Shown: positions 1 to 12,646 of the stretch, one piece after another
Position numbering within the stretch: position 1 is the stretch's first letter
How the letters are laid out: each line of letters starts with the position of its first letter
NCBI RefSeq assembly: GCF_009914755.1
Contig: NC_060938.1
DNA from: the human T2T-CHM13v2.0 reference genome, Homo sapiens
Length of the DNA: 64,000 nucleotides
Reading direction: 5' to 3' (one strand)
Translations under genes and position numbers: made by a program
The notes under the pieces: generated by a model
What the model was told of the DNA's origin: nothing
Seen by the model: the letters and a program-made list of their open reading frames with translations, nothing else
The model's database searches: none

Positions 1-235
1 AGTGATGAGGTGAGGGCTCTTCCCTCTCGAATGGACTGGGAGTGCATTCATTCACTGACACTCTTTTGCCTTCCACCATGTAAGGATGCAGGATGAAGTC
101 TCTCGTCAGGCACCAGATGACAGTGCCTTGATCTTGGACTTCCCAGCCTCCAGAACTGTTAAGAATAAATTTCTGTTCTTTATTAAATACCAAGCCTGAA
201 GTATTTTGTTGTTCCAGCACAAATGAAGCCATACT
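1..235 (+). mobile_element. MaLR LTR 3' part (MST/MLT1A-like)
   Basis: Typical motif ttgatcttggacttcccagcctccagaactgt...aataaatttctgttctt. Confidence 0.75.
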
Positions 236-289
236 TCCTGTACAGCCTGTGGAACTCCATGTATATAAAAATGTAAAACAGTTAAACTT

Positions 290-465
290 ACAAAGACATA
301 GAGCTGAATCGTGGTTACCAAGGGCTGAGAGGGAAGGGTAACTGGGGAGGTATTTGTCACAGAGTATAAGTTTTAGTTATGCAATGAGTAAGTTCTAAAT
401 ATGGAATCTACAGATCAAAGCATGTAGTTAATACGGAATTGCATATTTAAAAATTTGTTAAGAGG
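290..465 (+). mobile_element. Old L1 3' end fragment (L1MA/L1MB-like)
   Basis: gtggttaccaagggctga...agagtataagttttagttatg resembles an L1M 3' UTR. Confidence 0.55.
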
Positions 466-466
466 A

Positions 467-842
467 TGGTATGGTTTCAATCTGTTTACTTGCCCAAATC
501 TCATGTCAAATTCTAAGCCTCAAGGCTGGAGGAGGGGCCTGGTGGGAGGTGACTGGATCAAGGGGCAGACTTGCCCCTTGCTGTTCTCGTGTTAGTAAAT
601 TCTCATGAGATCTGGTTGTTAAAGGTGTACAGCACCTCCCCTTTCACCACTCACTTCTGCTCCAGATACATAGAACGTGCCTGCTTCCCCTTCATCTTAC
701 ACCATAACTGTAAGTTTCCTGAGGCCTCCCCAACCATGCTTCCTGTACAGCCTGTGGAACTGTGAGCCAATTAATCCACTTTTTTTATAAATTACCCAGT
801 CCGAGGTAGTTTTTTATAGCAATGAGAGAACGGACTTATGCA
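467..842 (+). mobile_element. MSTA/MSTB-like LTR
   Basis: cccaaatctcatgtcaaatt...gtaagtttcctgaggcctcccc...aattacccagt motifs. Confidence 0.8.
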
Positions 843-1229
843 GAGAATATATGTTATGTCAAATGGTTGCATCCCAAAAGGGGCGGGGAGGGGGGGAGGG
901 AGAATTTCGTGGAGGCAAAAGTTGTTTATTGCACTGTTTGTGGTGACAGTTCCATGGGTGAATACTTACCTCTACAGGTAAGTATATTTTGCATGTGGGA
1001 GGAATGTAAATAATTTGTAGCCAGAGGGAAAACTGTGGTTTATTAAAGACTGCTACAGATTCTCACTATTCCTTTTATTGAGAGGTAGAAGCTAATTACT
1101 CTGTAATCTAAAACCGTGTGTAAAGGAAGAGAGAAGGTTGTAATTTTATTTTAGATTTGTTAAGCTTGAAGTGCCTTTCGGATAGCTACAAAGAATCATT
1201 TAATGGAGAGTTGAACCTGTGGTCTAGAG

Positions 1230-1550
1230 CAGTGATACCCAACCTTTTTGGCACCAGGTTTTGTGAAAAATTTTTTCCATATACCAGGGTGTGAGGGGGG
1301 ATGGTTTTGGGATGAAGCTGTTCATCAGGCATTAGATTATCATAAGGAGCAGGCAACCTAAATCCCTCACATGCATAGTTCACAATAGGGTTCATGCTCC
1401 TATGAGAATTTAATGCTGCCATTCATCTGACAGGAGGCAGAGTGCAGGCAGTAATGTTTGCTTGCCTGACATTCACTTCCTGCTGTGCAGCCCAGTTCCT
1501 CACAGGCCACAGACTGGACCGGTCCATGGCCTGGGGGTTGGGGATCCCTG
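1230..1550. mobile_element. MER1B (hAT-Charlie MITE)
   Basis: Ends cagtgatacccaacc / ggttggggatccctg; 8-bp TSD gtctagag/gtctaaag. Confidence 0.85.
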
Positions 1551-1825
1551 GTCTAAAGGTCGGAGAAGTCCATGCTGGAGATAAACACAACTGCTACACC
1601 ACAGAGAGCAGAACTGGTAAAAAAAAAACAAACAAACAAACAAACAACAACAAAAAAAGAACTGCACAGTGGGATGGGTGGGGAATTGGATGAAACAATT
1701 GGATAAGCTATGTAAAGAAGAAGTAGAAGAATTCAGGAAAAAAAGACAAGCAGCATCAGTGAGGTCATGATAGAAACTAACACAGAAGATTTCCAGGAGA
1801 AGATCATGAACAATAATTTGAAATG

Positions 1826-2182
1826 CAGGAGTCCCCCTTTATCCATGGGGGATACATTCCAGGTCCCCTAGCAGATCCGTGAAACTGTGTATAGTACCAA
1901 ACCTTATATACACTATGTTTTTTCCTATATATACATACCCTTGACAGTTTAATTTATAAATTAGGCACAGTATGATATTAACAACAATAAAATGGAACAA
2001 CATACTATACTAAAAGTTATAGGAATGTGGTCTCTCAAAATATCTTATTCTACTGTATTCAACACATTCAAAATAATAAAATATTCAAGATATTCAAAAT
2101 ATCTTATTGTCTTTTCTGTCTACAGTTGACTACAGGGAACTGAAACCACAGAAAGCAAAACTGTGGATAAGGGGGATTACTG
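1826..2182. mobile_element. MER44-like TcMar-Tigger element
   Basis: Terminal inverted repeats caggagtccccctttatcc / ggataagggggattactg followed by TA. Confidence 0.75.
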
Positions 2183-2955
2183 TACGGCATAAGATTCAAG
2201 TAAGGCAGACTGGAGAATAGCCATTGGAGTTGCATATAATTTAGGTTAATGGTGAGCATTAGAATAAACCAATTAAGACTACACTGAATGAAAGTGCAAG
2301 TGAATAGTGGACATATTTGTCAGAAAATACAATTGTGAACAATCTGCTATAAATTCTCCATGTATAGATGAATTGACAGAAACGTATGGGGGGTTAGTTA
2401 AGGACCTGTGGTCAACTCAATCCTCCAGATGTTCTAGGTTTTAGCCATGAATCAAGTAGGGCCTTCCAAAAGCTGTCTGGGACTGCAAAGTTTTAGCAAC
2501 TCCAGAAAAACCTCATTACGGGAGTTATGCTTTAGCACTAAGTGACTCTTTCTACTGCAAAATGCTAAAAGTATTTATTTCCAGGTTGGCAGTAAAAAAA
2601 ACTTTTCACTACATCATCTCTGTGACCAATGCAGTCAGTGTTCCAGACTTTGGTGACAGCAAGTCTTCCTGTCCCATGAGAATGCAGCATGCACTCCTTC
2701 CAGGTTCCATTCCAATCATGTAACAAACGTGACTGCCTTTTTGTTGCAGCATCAGAAAGACCAGAGACACATTTGTACTCCAGTTCCATGGCTTATAACC
2801 TGCATATGTCTACATGCCAGCATTATTTTATTTATGTGCATTTCCTTTGACGTGAATTTTACTTATTTCTATTTTTTCATTTTAATCCGTGGACTCCATA
2901 AAGGCAAAAAATACAATGTAAAACAAAGAGAGGAATATATAAACAAATGACTCAC

Positions 2956-3014
2956 AAGAGATTTGTTCATCTTTTGTTGATTGTGGAAATGCACAGAGCA
3001 CTCTGGAAACATAG
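2956..3014 (-). CDS. ATG-containing 59-bp exon of a second KRAB-ZNF gene (MFPECSVHFHNQQKMNKSL), ZNF717/ZNF12-like N-terminus
   Basis: Minus strand reads ttctcccag|CT ATG...AAA TCT CTT|gtgagt. Coding part is 3012-2956 (19 codons) with a phase-0 donor that fits a KRAB-A exon. Resembles the recalled ZNF717 N-terminus MFPVFSGCFQELQEKNKSL. Downstream exons are not in the window, so coding status is unknown. Confidence 0.75.
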
Positions 3015-3450
3015 CTGGGAGAACAGTCGAATGGAGTGGGTTAAAGCAGAGAACCGGTGTGGCTTGGTCCTAGATTCTCTTGCCCAAAACGCTCTACACA
3101 ATAGCTGGAAAAGACTAAAACAACAACAAAACCTCCCTGTGACAGAATAGTCATTCATGCCTCAATAAGGGACAACAAATATGCCACTGAAAATGTACCC
3201 ACAAGTACATTAATTAGTAGAGATACATACAATTTATTTTGGGATTAATGAAAACATGTATTACCTACTGATTTAGGGACAATTAATTTATCCAAAGAAA
3301 CAATGTAATAACTTAAACCAAAGAAATATACATTTAGTCTTCAATGAAATTAATACTGTAGAAATATAATTCAGCTGCATTAACAATTTCACTACTAATA
3401 TGGAGATTCTACATGATTCCATATAGGTGTTTCCACTAGAATATATCTTG

Positions 3451-4046
3451 CTTTTATACCTTCGCATCATTGAAAGGATTCATGTTTTATATATCTACGT
3501 ATCACTGAAAGGATGCATCTTTTATATACCTAAGCATCATTGAAAGGATGCATCTTTTATATACCTACGCATCATTGAAAAGATGCATCTTTTATATACC
3601 TACGCATCATTGAAAGGATGCATCTTTTATATACCTGCACATCATTGAAAGGATGCATCTTTTATATACCTAAGCATCATTGAAAGGACGCATCTTTTAT
3701 ATACCTAAGCATCATTGAAAGGATGCATCTTTTATATACCTAAGCATTATTGAAAGTATGCATCTTTTATATACTTAAGTATCATTGAAAGTATGCATCT
3801 TTCATACACTTACACATCATTGAAAGGATGAATCTTTTATATACCTAAGCATCGTTGAAAGGATGCATCTTTTATATATCTACTTATTATTGAAAGGATG
3901 TATGTTTTATATACCTAAGCATCACTGAAAGGATGCATCTTTTATATACCTACTCATCATCGAAAGGATGCATCTCTTATATACCTATGCATCATAGAAA
4001 GGATGCATCTTTTATATCTCTAAGCATCATTGAAAGAATGCATCTT
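3451..4046. repeat. 35-bp minisatellite, about 17 copies
   Basis: Unit catcattgaaaggatgcatcttttatatacctaag repeated head to tail. Confidence 0.95.
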
Positions 4047-4179
4047 GCAGCCCAACATTTTCTGCCCACGATTATATAGGGGGAAAAATGTACATAGTGT
4101 ATATTTCTTGGGATATACTGTTTTAGTAATGTTTCTTAGTGACAAGTCTCCCAGTATCTAAGACTTCATAGAGTGTGCT

Positions 4180-4502
4180 CTGATAATGAATGGGGTTCTG
4201 CCATTTGAGTTGCTTCGGCCAATGGGACATAGAAAATATGATGAAAATATAGGTTGGAAAAGTACTTGCCCACTGGTGCTTGCCTTCTTGGACAAGTGTC
4301 AGCATGAACCACCAGACATGTGAGTGAAGGCACCAGATGACTAAAGCCTCATTTGTGATCCAGACAACATTAGCAAAGGAAATGCCCAGGTGAACACAAG
4401 CTAAAATGTGAATCAACAGAACTTCTATCAAATAAAATGGTCACTTCTTTTTAAGCCATTGAGTTTCGTTAGTTCTTTAGACAGAAAACAGTAACTGATA
4501 CA
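4180..4502 (+). mobile_element. Degenerate MLT1-like LTR
   Basis: 3' motif aataaaatgg...ttttaagccattgagttt...gtaactgataca. Confidence 0.55.
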
Positions 4503-5049
4503 CCTAAGCCACCAGAACTCAATGTTTTTAAGAAAATCATGTGAAGGAGATAATGTGAAATTACTTGTCAAATACAATCACTAGAACGTCACAACCTCAT
4601 GTAGAAGTTTTGCAAATCACAATAAATGCCAACTTGATGGAAATCAGTGAGACTGCTGGTTCTAAGAGACCATGTTAATCATAAAAAGCTACTCTTTGCA
4701 TATTAGTAAATTGTGTTTTAAAGTTCTTTACATCATAAAAATGTCTGTTGACTTTAAAAAAACATAATACACAAAAAGGATCTCTTACGAGTGAGCATTG
4801 TACGGTATTTTACTTACATTTTAAGATACTGGTTGGAATAGAAGTGAGACACTGTCTAATATTCCCTTTTTAAGTATGTAAAATATGCTATTGTTTTCCT
4901 ACAGAATTTATAATTTCCAAGAACAGATTACTGACACTGAGCAGGAAACACTTGTTATTTGTCCTTGAGGTCACATAATTCACAGAAAGAGTTGGGGATA
5001 AAAAGGAACAGAGATGGTTAAGGAAATGTTTCTGCTTGGTTGGTTGGTT

Positions 5050-5342
5050 GGTTTTGAGACAGAGTCTCATTCTGTCACCCAGGCTGGAGTGCAGTGGCAC
5101 AACCACAGCTCACTGTAACTTCACCCTCCTGGGCTCAAGTGATCTTCCCACCTCAGCCCCCCAAGTAGTTGGGGCCACAAATGGATGCCACCACAACCAG
5201 CTAAAATTTTTTTTTTTTTTTGTAAGCACATTGGGTCTCCCTATGTGGCCAAGGCCAGTCTCAAACTCCTGGGCACAAGCGATCCTCCTGTCTTGGCCTC
5301 CCAAAGTGCTATGATTATAGCTGTGAGATACTACGCCCGGCA
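5050..5342 (-). mobile_element. Alu (J-like)
   Basis: Antisense Alu consensus. Confidence 0.9.
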
Positions 5343-5720
5343 AGGGAAAGTACTTTATTATTATTTTTTCCAGCGTGAGGGGTGGGCAGGCAGGGAGGGG
5401 CTGAGAAAGTACTTTAAAGCAATATTTGTTCTTAGTTGACTTCAGTGTCAACAAAAATCTAAAAAAAAAAAAAGTTTTGACTTAATTGGGGCAAAATGAG
5501 TAACACTAGCCAAAAAGTCAGGATGCATAACATCTGTATATCATGTGACCCTGGCAAGTCACAGCTCCTCAAAGCCAAATTTTTTCCATCATTCTCACAA
5601 GGTAGAAATAGTTTGGCTAACCCTTACTGAACTACCAGGAAAAGCTACCAGGTTAGAGGGAGCTTCAGCATATCACTGAATGCTAAATTTAGTGACTGGA
5701 CGCTAAATTTCGTGACAGAA

Positions 5721-5980
5721 CTTTTTTTTTTTTTTGAGAGACAGAGTCTCACTCTGTTGCCCAGGCTAGTGTAGGGTGGCACAATCTCGGCTCACTGCAA
5801 CCTCCGCCTCCCCAGTACAAGTGATTTTCTTGCTTGAGTTTCCCAAGTAGCTGGGACTATACAGGTGTGCACCACCACACTCAGGTAATTTTTGTATTTT
5901 TTAGTAGAGACAAGGTTTCACTATATGTTGGCCAGGCTGGTGTCGAACTGCTGACCTCAGGTGATCCTCCTGCCTTGGCC
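5721..5980 (-). mobile_element. Alu
   Basis: Poly-T followed by antisense Alu. Confidence 0.9.
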
Positions 5981-6599
5981 TAGACTACTTTTAAGAAAGT
6001 TCAGCCACTGGAAACAGTGAGAAAAGGTTGAAGGAATGAAAGTGTCTTTACAGAGTACTCCAGACAGATCCTCTCAAGTATAACAGGATATTTTTCCACC
6101 GAAGACCAAACTATTAAGTCCCCTCCAACAAGTAACATCTCTTTGGCCCTTGCCTGTCATTCACAGCCAAACTCCCCTCTTCCTTCTGAATGTTGGTCTA
6201 AACCTTCCACTACCACCCAGTGTTTGAGAGCTATTGGATAAGGTCTTATCAACCAAATCTGGGCCATTCTGGGGAGTGGGAAAATAACTGCTTGGGTCAT
6301 ACAAACTGGAATCTTCACCTGTGACACCTCCTCTGCTTTGAAGTACCAGTGAGAGGGTTAGTCCAAAGAGGTGTTCTTTTTGGTGGGATTCCTAAAAGGC
6401 GCCCACCTCGAAACTTTGTAACACCTACTTTATTACAAAGAAAACAGGACCATCATCTAGGACCCCCAACTTCCCTAGAAACCAGATCTTGTATAAACTC
6501 CTATAAACTAAAGCGGGGATGGGATGCGTAGGAAGGTGACACAAGCAGAATCTTCACTTGCTGAAAACACACCGGGAAACCCTACTAATACACTCGCCA

Positions 6600-7709
<1,110 letters not shown>

Positions 7710-7770
7710 GAGGACTCGAGAGACTAGAGAGACCTATATGGAGAACAGGACGATTGTTTATTTTAGGGTA

Positions 7771-8763
7771 TGTAGGGTCCAGCCCCACAGGGTTGGTGGG
7801 TTTTCTCCTCGTGTGCAGAGACAAGAGAGCATAGAAATAAAGACACAAGACAAAGAGATAAAAGAAAAGACAGCTGGGCCCGGGGGACCACTACCACCAA
7901 GACACGGAGACTGATAGTGACCCCAAATGCCAGGCTATGCTGATATTTATTGGATACAAGACAAAGGGGCAGGATAAGGAGTGTGAGCCATCTCCAATGA
8001 TAGGTAAGGCCACATGGGACATACGTCCACTGGACAGGGGGCCCTTTCCTGCCTGGCAGCCAAGGCAGAGAGAGAGAGAGGAGAAAGAGAGAAACAGCTT
8101 ACATTATTATTTCTGCTTATCAGAGACTTTTAGTACTTTCACTAATTTGCTACTGCTAACTAAATGGCAGAGCCAGGAGTACAGGATGGAACATGAAGGT
8201 GGACTAGGAGAATGACCACTGAAGCACAGCATCACAGGGAGATGGTTAAGCCTCTGGATAAAGCGAGTGGGCCTGGCCCTCCACAAGAGGTGGAGGAGTA
8301 GAGTCTTCTCTAAACTACCTGGGAAAAGGGAGACTCCCTTTCCCTGTCTGCTAAGTAGCAGGTGTTTTTCCTTGACACTAACGCTACCGCTAGACCATGG
8401 TCCGCTTGGCAACTGGCGTCTTCCCAGACGCTGGCATTACCACTAGACCAAGGAGCCCTCTGGTGGCCCTGTCCAGGTGTAACAGAAGGCTTGCACTCTT
8501 GTCTTCTGGTCGCTTCTCACTATGTCTCCTCAGCTCCTATCTTTGTATGGCCTGGTTTTTCCCAGTTTATGATTATAGAGCGAGGATTATTATAATATTG
8601 GAATAAAGAGTAATTTCTACAAACTAAAGATCAATAATATTCATATATAATCATATCTAAGATCTATATCTGGTATAACTATTCTTATTTTATATTTTAT
8701 TATGCTGGAACAGCTCGTGTCCTCAGTCTCTTTCCTCAGCACCTGGGTGGCTTGCTGCCCACA
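7771..8763 (-). mobile_element. Solo LTR13 (HERV-K HML-4) inserted in the ERV 3' LTR
   Basis: Minus strand starts tgtgggcagcaagccacccaggtg, TG...CA ends, about 1 kb, TSD gggta. Confidence 0.85.
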
Positions 8764-9289
8764 GGGTATGCACTGGATTCATGGATTCATATCTAAAAAG
8801 CTGAGCATTGAACAAAGACTGAGCGGGGCTTTTCTAAGCAAATTTACAGAAGCGAAACAAAAACAGTTAATCATACAGTGACAGGTCACGTAATCTATAG
8901 CATAACTGTTGACTTGGCATAACTTGTGGCCTTGCATAGCTAGTGGCCTTGTAGCTGCATCAAAAGAAAAATAAGAACTGGCTAAATACAGAAATTTGTA
9001 AAACATCATCATGCTTAAGAAGTCAGGGAAAGAAATAACAGTAAAGGAATTTGTCTTTCTCTCTTGCTTTTTTTTTCTTTTAACTTTGCTCTGGAAGTGG
9101 GGGTGGTCTGGAGCCTATTCCTCTGGCCTTGGCTTCTCTAACAGTGTTATAACTGTCTTTGAAGTGAGCTTACTAGGCAGAGGAAAACTTGTTCTTTTCT
9201 TTTTAACCTTTGCTTTGCCTGTTGCTTTTCTTGGAGTGAATGAATGCATATTTATTTTTAAATTTCTGCCTCAGTTTCCTCCTTTTGAT

Positions 9290-11080
9290 GCCTTTTATAA
9301 AAGAATTTTAGTAGAAGGCATCACTATTACTTAATTCTGCCTGAAGAGACAAGTTTTCTTCTTTAGGCACAGGCTGATATTTATATAGATCCATTAGCTG
9401 AGTGGTAGTTTGCCTAGCTACTGTTGCCTCTATAGCTGATTGAGTGCTTCTAACAAGGAGGGTTAAGAGGCAAGGGAGTATTGGGCAAACCCTTAGTATG
9501 GCCAGGACTATTCTTATTAAAGTCTTGAATCCACTGAAGGAGGAAAACCAGCCTCCAAAGAGGGAATCTGAAGACTACCTTTTCCAAGTTTGAACTGGAA
9601 CATGGGGTAATTCTCTCATTCTTGCAGTTATTTCTATAATTGCCTTTCCATTGTCATCAATTTCCAGGCAGAAATTAGTTAGATTTAACTTTCCACATAC
9701 CCCTGCTTCCTGGGCTAGGAGGTAGTCTAAAGTTAATCTGTTCTGATAAATAGCATTCTTCATTTTTGTGGCTTGCTGGGCCATTAAATCTAATGCATTT
9801 GCTGTTTCATTAGTGATCCTTTGCTGCCTGCAAACTTATGATGTGGCTAAGCATGTAAATAGGAGTGCAGTACCCTCATGACCTATCTTTTGCCTAGGTA
9901 GCTGGCCTATAGTATTGCATTATTCTTTCAGGGGGCCAATCTGTGTCTTTCTAATTTCTTTTTTCTATATCCCTTTTTATGTCTGCATCTCTTTTGCTTC
10001 TTCTTCTAACTTCATCATAGACGGGATACCTTAAAGTTTCTCCCTGTTGCAGTGGGAGTAGGAAGAAAGATGGTCTAATTGTTTCAAACACACAGGACTT
10101 TGTCCATTTAGCTGGCAACTGTCGATATGCCTGTGGCTTACAGATGCCAATAAAGACCAAGGGGTGCTTTCCAAGTATTTGGAGCTTCAAGTTGATACCA
10201 GGTGTGGTTTAGAGGAGAGAAACAGGAGAATGGATTTGGATGAGGTGCTTTGGAGTCATCTCTGCCTCGCCACAAAATTTTCTTTAGTGTTTCATTATAA
10301 TATTGCTGTCCTAAGCAGGTTAGTTCTCCTACTGCGTCTGTAAAAGCCTTTCTTCAGGGAGCAACACAGTATCTCCTGATAATAGAAGTTTTAAGAGCTA
10401 GACACTTGAACTTGTGGGCATCAGTTCAGGGGAAGAGTCTGTTAGAGTTAAATTATCTTGTGGCATTAACTCTTTTGCTTCCTAAGGCCATTGGTCTCCT
10501 ACGTTAGTCTTTCTACAAACATAACGAAATGCCTAGGCTGCCAGCAGTGTTTTCAACCAGCTAAGCACACAGGTTTTTGGCTAAAGGAGTAGGCTCTGGT
10601 AACTTCTGGTCTACATGCTTATAGAATGATTTAAAGAGTTGAAACTGTTGCTGGGCTGGATGGTTCTGGGTTCTTTTTTGATAACATATAGGTAGATTGC
10701 TGGGTATGTGTGTATATACATATGTATGGGGTAACCTGCAGTCTACATGGGTAAGTCTAGATTTAGAATGGTGAAATTTATAGAATTACAGGTTTTTCCT
10801 TCACAATCTGGTTTCACCGGCATTTTGGTAAGCATAATTGACCTTTGCTGTGTGCTAGGGTGCTACAATATGCAATGCCAACAATCTTTTTCTGGGGTCC
10901 TAGGGGAACAAGGTGGAGTTACTCTTGGCATGCATACGTATTTGTAGTCATTTCTATAGTATCTTTCTAAAGGTAGGTTACCACAGACAGGGGAGTCTTG
11001 GTCTGCTGCCTGACAAGCATCAAAATACAGAGAAATAGGCCCTTGGTAAAAGGGAGGGACCCTGGTTTGGTTTAAGAGGG
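9290..11080 (-). pseudogene. ERV env remnant
   Basis: [15 protein letters not shown]6CC-like [10 protein letters not shown], furin site RRSKR; many stops and frameshifts. Confidence 0.9.
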
Positions 11081-11089
11081 GACCATCCT

Positions 11090-11620
11090 TTGATCCCGCA
11101 TGATGAGTCTCTTGGCAATATTTCTTCAGTAGCTGCTTGAGCGTCTGGTTCATGTGTTCTACTTTTCTTGAACTTTGCAGCCGGTAGGCTGTGTGTAACT
11201 TCTATTTTATTTTTAACAGTCTTGTTAAATCTTGCACTATTTCAGTTACAAATGCTGGCCTATTGTCTGACTTTAAAGTTAGAGGCTGTCAAAACCTGGG
11301 GATAATGTCTTTTAGTAGTACTTTAGTCACTTCTTGTGCTTTTTCTGTCCTGGTGGGGAAAGTCTCAACCCATCCTGAAAAAGTGCAAATAAACGCTAGC
11401 ATATACTGATAGCCTCTGGCATGGGGCATTTTGGTAAAGTCCATAAGCAAGTTTTCACAAGGCACGAAGGCATGGCTCCTTCTCCTGTTCAGTTTCTTAG
11501 AGGAGGGGTTCTTTTTTTCTCTCTCTCTTTTTCTTTTTTTGTAATTTCATATAATGGCTTAGCCATCAGTGAGAAATTTATAATCTAGATACAGCAGAAT
11601 CTTGCTGCTTTCAACTTCTC
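11090..11620 (-). pseudogene. ERV pol remnants (RT connection fragment fused to integrase core)
   Basis: NFSLMAKPLYE then LMDFT...FSGWVETFPTRTEKA...MNQTLKQLLKK; most of pro/RT/RNase H is absent. Confidence 0.8.
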
Positions 11621-12075
11621 AAGTGACGATGGGCTCTTGGAGGCCTAATGAGAAGGAGCATGGTCTGTTTTAGTCCTCACATCTTTCAGCTCCTGCTAGC
11701 CTGATCAGATCAGTATCTGGTTCCTCTAAGGTGTGGCAGCCTTTGGCCAATGGCCTCTTTGTCTCACGGCCTTGGCCATTTCTTTCATTGCCTTCTGGAC
11801 ATTCATCTTTCTAGTGTCCTTTCTTTTTGCATCTCGCACACTGATACTTCTCTAGCCTTGGTCAACTTTCAAATCCTTGTCTAACTTGACTTCTTCTACA
11901 TCCAAGTCTGCGTCCACGTCAAATTACATTGCTAATCTCTTTTTCTATAAGGGCTGCTGCCAACAGATCTTAAGCCTCCAATTTGCTTCTTTCTTTGCCT
12001 CCTGGTCACTGTTAACATACACTTTGGTGGCTACTTCTACAAGCTGGGTGACATTCATACCTGCAAAACTTTCTA

Positions 12076-12080
12076 TCTTT

Positions 12081-12140
<60 letters not shown>

Positions 12141-12366
12141 TTCTTCTTCTTCTTCTTCTTCTTCTTCTTCTTCTTCTTCTTCTTCTTCTTCTTCTTCTTC
12201 CTCCTCCTCCTCCTCCTCCTCCTTCTTCTTCTTCTTCTTCTTCTTCTTCTTCTTCTTCTTCTTCTTCTTCTTCTTCTTCTTCTTTCTTCTTCTTCTTCTT
12301 CTTTTCTTCTTCTTCTTCTTCCTCTTTTCTTCTTTCTTCTTCTTTTCTTCTTCTTTCTTTTTTTTT
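12076..12366. repeat. Compound (TTTC)n-(TTC)n-(CTC)n-(TTC)n microsatellite derived from an Alu tail
   Basis: About 290 bp of pure pyrimidine on the plus strand. Confidence 0.97.
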
Positions 12367-12646
12367 GGACGGAGTTTCGTTCTGTCGCCCATGATGGAGT
12401 GCAGTGGCACGATCTTGGCTCATTGCAACGTCTGCCTCCTGGGTTCAAGCAATTCTCTTCCTCTGCCTCCCAAGTAGCTGGGATTACAGGCACCACCACC
12501 ACACCTAGCTATTTTTTTTTGTATTTTTAGTACAGACGGGATTTCACCATCTTGGCCAGGCTGATCTTGAACTCCTGACCTCGTGATCCACCTACCTTGG
12601 CCTCCCAAAGTGCTGGGATTACAGGCGTGAGCCACCGTGCCCAGCC
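12076..12646 (-). mobile_element. AluS in gag
   Basis: TSD aaaactttcta at 12065-12075 and 12647-12657. Confidence 0.92.

Noticed and set aside
3451-4046. CRISPR-like spacing of 35-bp repeats (also 19907-20116)
   Set aside because: Contiguous tandem units with no unique spacers, no cas genes, primate DNA
11877-12530. Long ORFs with poly-F/L/R/K/E
   Set aside because: Translations of the microsatellite and Alu
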